A stretch of DNA of 64,000 bases from positions 80,244-144,243 of the IMG/VR virus record IMGVR_UViG_3300013099_000017. One strand, 5' to 3'. Every line of letters begins with the position of its first letter. The stretch's first letter is position 1. Below the pieces are notes generated by a model. That model made no database searches and was not told where the DNA came from. It saw only the letters and a program-made list of their open reading frames with translations. Below are positions 51,960-61,220 of the stretch, piece by piece. The translations under genes and the position numbers were made by a program. This DNA comes from a virus.

Positions 51960-52484
51960 ATGAATTTACTACAAAAGGGGCTATTGTTTGCAACCGTTGC
52001 TCATGGTGCGGTTGGTCAAATACGAAAATATAGTGGGGTGGATTATATTGTTCATCCTGTTGGAGTTAAGAATATTTTGATTGATTTTGGATTTAAAGAT
52101 GATATTAACCTATTGGTTGCATCTTTATTACATGATGTTGTCGAAGATACCAAAATTAAATTTGACTTAATTGAAGCAGAATTCAATATTGATGTTGCTA
52201 ATCTTGTATTTGAAGTAACAAACCCAAGTAAACAATATCCTGAATTAAACAGAAAAGCAAGAAAGACAATGGATCTTGAACATTTAAAAAGTGCAACCAA
52301 ACGTGGTATGGCTCTTAAACTTGCTGATGTATTATTTAATACTCCGGATATCATTAAAGAAGATCCAAAATTTGCAAAAATTTGGATTCCAGAAGCATAT
52401 AAAGTAGTTGAAGTTGTTAAAGATGGTTCCGAAGCACTTTATGCAGAAGCGAAATGGACACTAGGGTTATGGAGTGATAAATAA
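51960..52484 (+). CDS. HD-domain hydrolase, MESH1/SpoT-like
   Basis: AHG.VGQ.RKY..YIVHP, LLHDVVEDT, KLADVLFN. Confidence 0.9.
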   Translation: MNLLQKGLLFATVAHGAVGQIRKYSGVDYIVHPVGVKNILIDFGFKDDINLLVASLLHDVVEDTKIKFDLIEAEFNIDVANLVFEVTNPSKQYPELNRKARKTMDLEHLKSATKRGMALKLADVLFNTPDIIKEDPKFAKIWIPEAYKVVEVVKDGSEALYAEAKWTLGLWSDK

Positions 52485-53232
52485 TGGGTGATGAATATTT
52501 TGATATTACTTTGGATTGGGATGATACCATTTTTAAAAAATGTGAATTTTATTGGTTTATTGTTGAAACCGATAATACTTTTTGGGTAGAATGTTATTTT
52601 CCTGAAATTAAGGTTTCTATGACGTATAGTGATTATTTTACTAATTTCCAAGATGCATTTGATTATGCAAATGGTAAATGGGGTTCATTTTTTTATAATG
52701 AAGATTCAAATGAAAGTGAAACTGATGGATAAAGACTTTGAAAAAATAGATAATATTGCTGAACATTTAGATTTTCTATCTGATCAGCAATATGCACACG
52801 GCAATGATTATATTGCTAAAATTTTATTAAATTTATCACATGAATTATATCAAACCAATTCAAGTTTAAATTCAAAATTAAATGATCGGTTAGATAAGAT
52901 TTTGAATGGTATAGTTGAATCAAATAAAAAAATAAAATATATAGTGGATAATATTAAATAACATAAATAGTCAAAATTAAACAACAAGGGATACTATGGA
53001 ACTACTTAAATTAAATGAATTAGATGATGTGGAAAAATGGGAATATGTATTAAATCATATTTCTGAGTGTGAATTGATGGATGAAGATGATATTTATTTT
53101 CTATTTCAAGATAAAGATACATTGGATGATTTTGAATTACATTTCAATGAACCACTTGAAGCAGACAACAATATCAATTCTTTACTTAAAGCATTGGGTT
53201 TTGAATCACACAATTATTAAAAATATCCTTTT

Positions 53233-53240
53233 TATAAATA
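53233..53240 (+). promoter_or_regulatory. T4-type late promoter
   Basis: TATAAATA upstream of 53268. Confidence 0.75.
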
Positions 53241-53267
53241 CACTTATACACTTAAAGGATAAATCAT

Positions 53268-53972
53268 ATGTTAAATTTTAAACAATTCTTGATAGAAAAT
53301 AAAAAAATATTAAGTTTTGAAGATACAAAAAAATATTTTGAAGAAGCTAAAAAAACAACAAAATATCCTCCAACAAAAACTATTAAAGTGTATAAATTAT
53401 TCAAACAAAAGAAAAAATCACCAAATAAGATATTTCCTCTTTTTATTGGATCAATGAAACCAACTGCTATTAATAAATGGCAAGTTGCAGAAAATATTGA
53501 AACTAAGGGGTTCAAAAAACGTCCTGGGTGGCATAGTGGTGGTTCACCATATGCTCCACATCTAATGAAAAAAGATAGACAGACAATGCAAGAAAATAGA
53601 GTTTGGGCGTTATGTGAAGCTCCGAATGATTATAATTGGAACGCTGTCTTGAAAAAAGAGAATGTAACTCAATTAGATGATCATGTCCCATATGGGGGAT
53701 TTTATTATTTCAATACAAATAAAGCCAAGGGTACTGTCATGGATTGGCGTATATCCGGTGCAATTAAAGTTGTTAAAATTTTAACTCATGAAGAAGCTGA
53801 TAATATTAATGCTAAAAATGGAATTAATACAGAATATGCCAAAATGGATGAATTTTTGCAAATAGAATTAGCAAAGAAACGTGAAGTGAATAGGAATAAA
53901 GCAAAAGCTAAACGTGAATTGAAGAAACAACAAAATGCATTATTGAAAAATGTTGATATAGTAGGGGGTTAA
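53268..53972 (+). CDS. CTS-tagged protein with an unassigned enzyme-like domain
   Basis: MLNFKQFLIE; FPLFI..RPGWH..PH..RVWA..PYGGFY. Confidence 0.7.
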   Translation: MLNFKQFLIENKKILSFEDTKKYFEEAKKTTKYPPTKTIKVYKLFKQKKKSPNKIFPLFIGSMKPTAINKWQVAENIETKGFKKRPGWHSGGSPYAPHLMKKDRQTMQENRVWALCEAPNDYNWNAVLKKENVTQLDDHVPYGGFYYFNTNKAKGTVMDWRISGAIKVVKILTHEEADNINAKNGINTEYAKMDEFLQIELAKKREVNRNKAKAKRELKKQQNALLKNVDIVGG

Positions 53973-53981
53973 TTTCCCCTT
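53963..53981. terminator. Possible hairpin between convergent genes
   Basis: GGGG-TTAATTT-CCCC at the junction of two convergent stops. Confidence 0.35.
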
Positions 53982-54244
53982 ATTTCCTTTTCATCCCTAC
54001 TTACAATTTTATTGTAAGATTCTATTTCTTCCCTATAATTATGATTAAATTCACTCATATGTGAATAATAAGTATTAATATCTTTTTTTGTTATAATATC
54101 ACCAAATTTATGACGTTTATCAATAATCTGTTCATCTTTTAAATCTTTATGGGTAGATTTAGCAATTTTGATGTCAATTTTCTTAAACATCATATGTAAT
54201 GCTCTTTCTTCAAGTGGTTTTTGGTATTGTTTAAATGATTTCAT
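53969..54244 (-). CDS. CTS-tagged small protein
   Basis: MKSFKQYQKPLEE, 5 nt downstream of a minus-strand TATAAATA. Confidence 0.7.
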   Translation of the reverse strand: MKSFKQYQKPLEERALHMMFKKIDIKIAKSTHKDLKDEQIIDKRHKFGDIITKKDINTYYSHMSEFNHNYREEIESYNKIVSRDEKEIRGN

Positions 54245-54249
54245 AATAG

Positions 54250-54257
54250 TATTTATA
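54250..54257 (-). promoter_or_regulatory. T4-type late promoter
   Basis: TATAAATA on minus strand. Confidence 0.7.
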
Positions 54258-54440
54258 ATTATCAATTTACTTACATTTTCCACACTCCATATAATTTATA
54301 CGTCTAATCATTCGTACAAGTTTCATACAAAGGTGATCTCAACCTACCCTTAGTACCCCTACATGGTCTATCTTAAAACACCATTTAAACATCAAATAAT
54401 AAAAGTATTGACATATGTCAAGTAAATATCAGAAAAGTGA

Positions 54441-54566
54441 AAAATAATGCTTGACAGCACTTGACAAGATTTCAACTAGTGTTATAATTCCACTGTTAAT
54501 AATGAATGTTAGGGATCTATAATATATTATGTAGAAGAAAAGATTGGCTTTGCCATGCCGTAGGCA
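54441..54566 (+). repeat. Duplicated sigma70 promoter element, copy 2
   Basis: Near-identical to 7184-7313. Confidence 0.85.
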
Positions 54567-54570
54567 AGTA

Positions 54571-54578
54571 TATAAATA
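54571..54578 (+). promoter_or_regulatory. T4-type late promoter
   Basis: TATAAATA 5 nt before ATG 54584. Confidence 0.7.
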
Positions 54579-54583
54579 CCCTT

Positions 54584-55048
54584 ATGAGTAAATGGAAATA
54601 TAACAAGAAAGAATTTAATACAGATGATATTTGTGATTATAATGGATTTGTGTATTTAATAACGAACACCCTTACCAATAAACAATATATTGGTAAGAAA
54701 TTCTTTTATTCTTTAAGAACATTGAAACCATTAAAAGGTAAGAAACGTAAACGTAAAGTTAAAAAAGAATCGGATTGGAAAAAATATAATAGTTCATCTA
54801 AATATGTGTTAGCAGATATTGAAGAATTTGGTGAAGATATTTTTACTTTTGAAATATTAGATTTATGTCTGGATCGTGCTGAAACAAATTATTCAGAATT
54901 GAAACATTTAATATATTATCAAGTATTGGAAAGATTAGATGAAGATGGAAATCGTGCTTTCTATAATGAAAACGTAAGTATGCGTTTTTATCATAATACA
55001 AAACACAACGATAAGCGATTATTATTAACTGAGAAATTAAAACGATAA
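54584..55048 (+). CDS. GIY-YIG-family endonuclease-like protein
   Basis: GFVYLITN..YIGKK, SDWKKY.SS, FYNEN. Confidence 0.8.
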   Translation: MSKWKYNKKEFNTDDICDYNGFVYLITNTLTNKQYIGKKFFYSLRTLKPLKGKKRKRKVKKESDWKKYNSSSKYVLADIEEFGEDIFTFEILDLCLDRAETNYSELKHLIYYQVLERLDEDGNRAFYNENVSMRFYHNTKHNDKRLLLTEKLKR

Positions 55049-55078
55049 ATATATATAAAACTATTATAAGGAATCAAA

Positions 55079-55291
55079 ATGAGTAAATATCAAGAGTATC
55101 GAGACAGTATCTTAGAAGGTAAGGATAGACTGAAAAAATCTAAAGAAATCATACAGGCTATTAAAGCACAAACAGATGATAAAGAAATTCTTACAATGGC
55201 AGATGGTATTTTAGCCGATATTGCAACTGGTAAATTAACACCAAAACAATCAGAATGGATTTACAATACATCAACATCATTTAAAAAGTAA
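55079..55291 (+). CDS. Putative internal head protein (CTS-like)
   Basis: MSKYQEYRDSILE. Confidence 0.6.
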   Translation: MSKYQEYRDSILEGKDRLKKSKEIIQAIKAQTDDKEILTMADGILADIATGKLTPKQSEWIYNTSTSFKK

Positions 55292-55292
55292 A

Positions 55293-55345
55293 TATATCCC
55301 ATTGTAGGTATATACAATGATATTCGATTATGAGAGAATGTATTC
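55293..55345 (+). promoter_or_regulatory. Dyad-box promoter
   Basis: TATATCCCATTGTAGGTATA, TATACA-N17-GAGAAT. Confidence 0.75.
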
Positions 55346-55439
55346 ACTGGTTAAGAAGTTCTTCATAATTTCTTCTTTATCCTTTAATTAATTTAAATAA
55401 TATGCCAAAGAGCAAGGAAATTTGTGAATGACATGACTA

Positions 55440-55665
55440 ATTTAAATCCTGATGCAACTGAACTGTAAAGGTTGCATTATAACTCACACCCTAAAGACCG
55501 TTGGTGGGAATGTGAACTGGATATTGACCAAACGCAATTCGATTGTAGTAGATGGGACTAGGAAGCAGAGGCGAAAAATAGCATCTAATCGAACCAAGTG
55601 ACCGTGAAGCTCTGAGAGATTGAGAAGTCTAAGAAACCCTTCAATGATTCAGCATTAGAAGGGCT
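55440..55665 (+). ncRNA. Candidate structured non-coding RNA
   Basis: No ORF; more GC than flanks; stems TGATGCAAC/GTTGCATTA, TTCGAT/ATCGAA with TAGATG/CATCTA, CCCTTC/GAAGGG. Confidence 0.45.
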
Positions 55666-55691
55666 ACTATAAAATTTAAGGAAATTGAATA

Positions 55692-55884
55692 ATGATGAAT
55701 CAACCGTGGAAACAATCACCATTCAACGAGTGGTCAATATGTGGAATGAATCATTACCATGTTAAAGGTGAAAAATTTTTTATTCGTATCTATGGTAAAA
55801 AACGGAAAATGTATTACAGAAGAAGGTAAAGATGATGAATATTTATGGAATCGTCTTTGGTGGAAAGCAATGGAAGGTATATGA
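55692..55884 (+). pseudogene. Small gene frameshifted in a T6 run (55776-55781)
   Basis: MNQPWKQSP..HVKGEKF continues as LFVSMVKNGKCITEEG in another frame and ends in an ATGA overlap with the next gene at 55881. Confidence 0.6.
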
Positions 55885-56524
55885 AGTTATTTAATTATGA
55901 AGTAAAAGAACCAAAATTTAAGTATGATGATATTGTATGGGTTTATTTTAATCCACAAGGTTTAGTTGATAAATCAGCAAAACCTATATTCCAATGTACA
56001 ATTGAAGATTTACAAATGAAAGCATCTTCTGAGTATGGTAAACAAACAACCGTTGAATATACATATACGCTTGCATTTATGGATACTTTTGATGAAGCGT
56101 CATATAAAAAAGAATGTGATATTTTTGCTACTGAAAAAGAAGCACATGAATACTCTATATTAAAATTGAAAGAGTATGCAGAAAGTTTAAAAGTAAAATC
56201 TGATAATTATCAGGAAATCATGAAAAAACTTGAATCATAAATAAAGGTGTAAATTGTATGAGTGAATTAAAGGTTATTGTTATTGGTGCAACTGGTCAAG
56301 GTAAATCAGCGGTGGCACAATTGATTAATCAGGCATTGAGTAATGTCGGATTTGATGTAACAAATAGTGATGATGATGAACTTAATTATCGGGATGCTGA
56401 TGATATTCAAAAGCTCCGGATAGATAATACATTATTAAAAAATACAAGTGTTGAAATATTAACTCAGCAACTTGCAAGAGAATAAGCAGTAAAAAAACAA
56501 CCATCTATAAAGGAGTTTTATAAG

Positions 56525-57538
56525 ATGAATAAACAATATGATGTAATTGTGTACATTGGGCGTTTCCGTCCACAACATAATGGACACACCAAAATAATTC
56601 AAGATATCTCACAGTTAGCCAAAAAAACATTGGTTATTGTTGGATCAAAATCAAACCCAATTACCATTAAAAATCCGTGGACTTATGAAGAAGTCTCTGA
56701 TATGATCAAACATTCTGTACATGTTCAATATATGACAATTGCAGGAGTTGAAGATTATACCTATGATGATTATAAATGGATCAATGAAGTTAATAAACTG
56801 GTTGATAAAGAAACCGTTGGTATCGTTAATTCAAAAATTGCTATTGCAGGTTATGATAAAGATCACACAAGTTATTATTTGAAATATTTTCCACAATGGG
56901 ATTTTATTGAGCAAAAGGCTTATAGAGAATATGGCACAATTGTCAATGGTACTGATATTCGTACAGAATTCTTTAAAGGTAATACTCACCACATAAAATC
57001 TATTGTACCACCATATGTATTTGATGTTATTTTGGGGATGGATAGTAAACGTAAAAAATATCTACAAAATGAATATAATGGTATTATTGAAACACAAAAG
57101 AAATATGGTACGGGTAATAATGTATCAACTGATGCAATTGTGGTTCAATCAGGACATCTTCTATTAGTACAACGTAAAGAATCCGGAATTGATTTATGGG
57201 CTATGCCTGGGGGTTTTCTTGAACCTGATGAACTTTTAGTAGAGGGTGTTATTCGTGAATTAAGACAAGAAACTGTACTCAAAGTTCCTGAAAAAGTTTT
57301 ATTGGGTAGCATTAAAGAAATTAAACTATTTGATAAAATTGATCGAGATTTACGCAGTAGAATTATCACACAAGTTTATTTATTTAAACTGGATGATAAT
57401 TTAGATTTACCCAAAGTGAAAGGAAGTGATGATGCAAAAGAAGCAAAATGGGTTTCTATTCATGAGTTTTATAATATGAGATCTGTAATGTATGCTGATC
57501 ACTATCACATAATTGAAAAAATGTTGGAGAGTTTATAA
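56525..57538 (+). CDS. nadM: Bifunctional NMN adenylyltransferase / ADP-ribose pyrophosphatase (NadM-Nudix)
   Basis: YIGRFRPQHNGH, GYDKDHTSYYL..FPQW, GT.IR; Nudix GGF..RELRQET, GSDDA, YADH. Confidence 0.93.
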   Translation: MNKQYDVIVYIGRFRPQHNGHTKIIQDISQLAKKTLVIVGSKSNPITIKNPWTYEEVSDMIKHSVHVQYMTIAGVEDYTYDDYKWINEVNKLVDKETVGIVNSKIAIAGYDKDHTSYYLKYFPQWDFIEQKAYREYGTIVNGTDIRTEFFKGNTHHIKSIVPPYVFDVILGMDSKRKKYLQNEYNGIIETQKKYGTGNNVSTDAIVVQSGHLLLVQRKESGIDLWAMPGGFLEPDELLVEGVIRELRQETVLKVPEKVLLGSIKEIKLFDKIDRDLRSRIITQVYLFKLDDNLDLPKVKGSDDAKEAKWVSIHEFYNMRSVMYADHYHIIEKMLESL

Positions 57539-58911
57539 TGTTATATCGTGTAACTGAAAAGTTTTATGAAGATCCAGATAATATAATTGAATATGATACA
57601 TTGGATTTTGCAAAAAAACATGTTGATGAATTCTATAAAAATATTACTGATACTTATGATTCATGTTCAATTGTTCAAGTATTTCATGAAGAAGATGTTG
57701 ATTATAAATCCCCATGGGAAAATAATGATTATCGAATTTTAATGAAAATGGATAAAGAAGAACTTGTAAGTAAATTAATGGGAAAAATGGTATTATAATT
57801 GGAGAGTTTATAATGAGAACTATTAAAGAAGAACTTGGTTATACTGTTGTTTATGATACAACATACAATACAGTTGGTTATATTTCTATTGATGATAGTA
57901 GCGGTGGTTATCCATATTTTAGTGATAGACCGGATTCACGTAATGTATTTGTTGAATCATCGGATGCTGTAAAATTATTGGAAACAAGTAAAACAATGAA
58001 AACGTTTTATAAAGCAGATAAAGTTAAATTTGATACAATGAGAATTGTTAAAATAACAAGAATCATTGAAGATGTTAATATTACTGAGTTGGGTATTTCT
58101 ATACGAAAATCAATAATGAATAAATTATCAAAAGAAGAAATTGCATTTATAAAGAGTGATTTCAATGAAACTTAAATTTAAAGCATATTCATTAAAAAAT
58201 CCCGACAGTTCAAATGTTTATCGTGAAGGTCGGGAACGTGGTATGAAGATTGGTGAACAATTATTAGTTTTTGGTTCTAACCTTCATGATTCTGAATTCA
58301 AATTGAATGTTATAAGGACAATTTTTGAAGATAATAAAAATTGTAAATTTTTAACCAATAATCAAGCATCTTTTGAAGTTGAAATTGACGGTACTGAAAG
58401 TGCAGATGATCGTTTACGTGATTCATTATTGAATAAATTAACACACGATGAAATTGATTTTTTAAGACGGGAGTTTAAAGAAATATGAGAAATAGAAGGG
58501 ATGAAATTTATAGTATCTGTATTGCTTATGAACAGGGTTATGGTAAAGGTTTATATAATACCCGTAAAATAAGTAATCCGTATGTCGAAAGTGATGAACG
58601 TGTCGGCTGGGGTATTGGATATGAAGAAGGTAAAAATCAAAGAGAAATTGATGAAAGGAATAAAATTGAAAAGTCTAACACAACAACTTAATTATTATAT
58701 TTCTTCAATTTTTGCAAATGAAAGAAAATTTTTAAAAGAATTTTTTCCTGAATGGGATGAAATAGAATTACTGGAATGTTATTTTGCCAGTGAAAGAGTG
58801 AAATTAGTTATCTTGGATATAGATTCAGGACAACATATTTCCACAACGGAACCAACTTATGATGTTATGAATTGGGTAGACAACTTATAAACGATTAAAG
58901 GAGTTTTAATC

Positions 58912-60288
58912 ATGTCAATAATTACAGATGTAGATAGCTACAAAGTGGGGATGTTTAAACAATATCCTCCAAAAACTGAATATGTTTCAAGTTATATTGA
59001 ATCAAGGGGATCAGATGATCCGGATTTTGATGAAAGTGTATTCTTTGGTTTAGAATATTACATCAAAGAATATCTTATGAAACCTGTTACAATGGAAGAT
59101 CTTGAAGAAGCAAAAGAGATTTTTGATTTACATGGTGAACCATTTCCATATGATGAATGGAAATATATCATTGATGAATATGATGGATATTTACCACTAA
59201 AAATTGAATCGGTTCTGGAAGGTTCGGTACTACCACTATCAAATGTGTTAGTCCAAATTACCAACACTGATCCAAAATGTTTTTGGCTTACAACATGGGT
59301 AGAAACTCCAATACTGAGAAATGTTTGGTATGCTTCAACTGTTGCAACCAATTCAAGAGCAATCAAAAAAGAACTTAAAAAATTCTATGATAAATCTGGT
59401 TCTGTTGATGGGTTGGATTTCAAACTACATGATTTTGGTGCAAGGGGTGTATCGAGTAAAGAATCTGCTGGACTTGGTGGACTTGCTCACCTTATTAATT
59501 TCATGGGAACAGATAATGTTGAAGCATTGATGTTTGGTAGAAAGTATTATAATATTCTTATGGCTGGATTTAGTATTCCTGCTAGTGAACATAGTACAAT
59601 TACAGCATGGGGCATAAAAAACGAAAATAAAGCATTTGAAAATATGCTAAATCAATTTCCTGATTATCCTATAATTGCATGTGTTTCTGATAGTTATAAT
59701 ATTTATAAAGCTGTTGATGAATTATGGGGCAAACAATTCAAACATAGAATTCTTGATGGAAATCAAACTATTGTTATTCGTCCGGATTCTGGTGATCCAT
59801 TAACTGTACCAATTGAAGTTATTGAACGGTTAATGGCGAAATTTGGATATAGTGTAAATTCCAAAGGTTATAAAACATTACCAAAACAAGTACGAGTTAT
59901 TCAGGGTGATGGTATAACAAAAGATTCAATTAAACTTATTCTTGGTAATATGGAAAAAGCTAAATTGACTCTTGATAATCTTAGTTTTGGTATGGGATCG
60001 GGTATGCTTCAACAAGTTAATAGGGATACACTTAAATATGCCATGAAAGCAAATGCAATTTGTATTGATGGTGTTTGGTCAGATGTATACAAAGATCCTA
60101 TTAATGGTGGTAAACAGTCTAAACGTGGTGTATTAGGTTTATATCATAATGAAAACGATGGATGGATTACTGAACGTAAACTTCCAAATGATGAATCATT
60201 TAATAATTTAAATGTTGTTTATGATACAGGTATTATGAAAACAGATACACTATTTAAATTTGTTAGACAAAGAGCGAGAATAGAATAA
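58912..60288 (+). CDS. nadV: Nicotinamide phosphoribosyltransferase
   Basis: DVDSYK, SYIESRG, LHDFGARG, IPASEHST, VSDSY, IRPDSGDP, QGDG. Confidence 0.96.
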   Translation: MSIITDVDSYKVGMFKQYPPKTEYVSSYIESRGSDDPDFDESVFFGLEYYIKEYLMKPVTMEDLEEAKEIFDLHGEPFPYDEWKYIIDEYDGYLPLKIESVLEGSVLPLSNVLVQITNTDPKCFWLTTWVETPILRNVWYASTVATNSRAIKKELKKFYDKSGSVDGLDFKLHDFGARGVSSKESAGLGGLAHLINFMGTDNVEALMFGRKYYNILMAGFSIPASEHSTITAWGIKNENKAFENMLNQFPDYPIIACVSDSYNIYKAVDELWGKQFKHRILDGNQTIVIRPDSGDPLTVPIEVIERLMAKFGYSVNSKGYKTLPKQVRVIQGDGITKDSIKLILGNMEKAKLTLDNLSFGMGSGMLQQVNRDTLKYAMKANAICIDGVWSDVYKDPINGGKQSKRGVLGLYHNENDGWITERKLPNDESFNNLNVVYDTGIMKTDTLFKFVRQRARIE

Positions 60289-60393
60289 TATATCCCATTG
60301 TAGGTATATACATTGTTTCCCAATTATAAGATAATATCCTTGTGGTTGGGGAAACTTCTCCCATTTTTAATAAACTTCCAAAAGGAAATCAAA
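60289..60393 (+). promoter_or_regulatory. Dyad-box promoter cassette with conserved leader
   Basis: Box right after the nadV stop; TATACA-N17-GATAAT; GGGGA..TCTCCC; TTCCAAAAGGAA. Confidence 0.85.
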
Positions 60394-60651
60394 ATGACAA
60401 CTCCAAAAATTAATTTTACTAATATGTTCACTGATGAAGGTGAAGATATGGGTTTTGCTATTACTGTGAATGATTGCTCATTCGGTAGTGCTACATTAGT
60501 TGAAGATGGTCGTGGTAATGAAAGCTACAACGTTTTATCTGGTGTTGGTACATTTGAATCTGATGATCAGGATGAAATCCTTGCTATCTTACTGGAACGT
60601 TTAAATTATGTTGGTTCTGCAATAAATGATTCCGAATATATCCCATTGTAG
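60394..60651 (+). CDS. Hypothetical acidic protein whose last codons are the next dyad box
   Basis: Real start after cassette RBS; ends EYIPL* = GAATATATCCCATTGTAG. Confidence 0.7.
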   Translation: MTTPKINFTNMFTDEGEDMGFAITVNDCSFGSATLVEDGRGNESYNVLSGVGTFESDDQDEILAILLERLNYVGSAINDSEYIPL

Positions 60652-60690
60652 GTATACTCATAAATAGTTTTTTATGAGATAATAATCTCA
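60637..60690 (+). promoter_or_regulatory. Dyad-box promoter upstream of a non-coding region
   Basis: TATATCCCATTGTAGGTATA, TACTCA-N17-GATAAT. Confidence 0.7.
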
Positions 60691-60951
60691 CTTAATAAAA
60701 AAAGGTAAAGCGTTTCCTGAATGGTTGGCAATATCATAATGATGTGATAATTACCTTATATATATAAAATATTCTTTTAATTCAACTGAGGATAATACAA
60801 TGAAATCAGCCCCATAATGGGGTTCATCGTACCCAAATTGGGGTACTGATGCTAAATGTGAAATATTATTACTGGTCATACCGAGTGTATTGCAGGAAAT
60901 GGTTTGCAGACAGTGATAAAATAATTTATTATTGGGGAACTACCCCCTTAT

Positions 60952-61220
60952 TCAGCATTTTGTAATTGACTAAGTTTTATCGTATATGGTCATGGGTTGC
61001 CAAAGTTTGCAAACTTAGCGGTTCAATTCCGAATAGATAAAAAAGCTGGTTTGCCTTAAAATGGGAGTTCAATTCTCCCATGTTAGTCAATTACAAAGTG
61101 TTGATATAATCTGAGATATTTTTGTATAAATGGGTGTACTTTTACACCCTTTCCAATTATTTGGAATTGTAGATAATGTCTATAAGTTTATAGTGTTTTA
61201 TGTCTCAGATTATATCAATA
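60952..61220 (+). ncRNA. Candidate structured RNA with two long stems and two T-loop hairpins
   Basis: 22-bp stem 60952-60973/61083-61104 and 18-bp stem 61101-61118/61201-61218 with G-U pairs; TTCAATT loops at 61022 and 61068. Confidence 0.6.

Noticed and set aside
4538-59366. Most minus-strand ORFs in the track (for example 9343-9723, 22218-22757, 43031-43336, 59058-59366)
   Set aside because: They shadow well-supported + strand genes and have no RBS or motifs. Only 11684-11995 and 53969-54244 were accepted.
16860-60393. Track starts at 16860, 51489 and 60313
   Set aside because: These TTG/GTG starts lie inside the promoter-leader cassette; the real starts follow the AAGGA RBS at 16911, 51540 and 60394.
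60975-61045. Canonical tRNA gene
   Set aside because: Has a T-loop, but the T-stem is only 3 bp, the D-arm and anticodon arm are irregular and there is no CCA; kept only as part of the structured RNA candidate.
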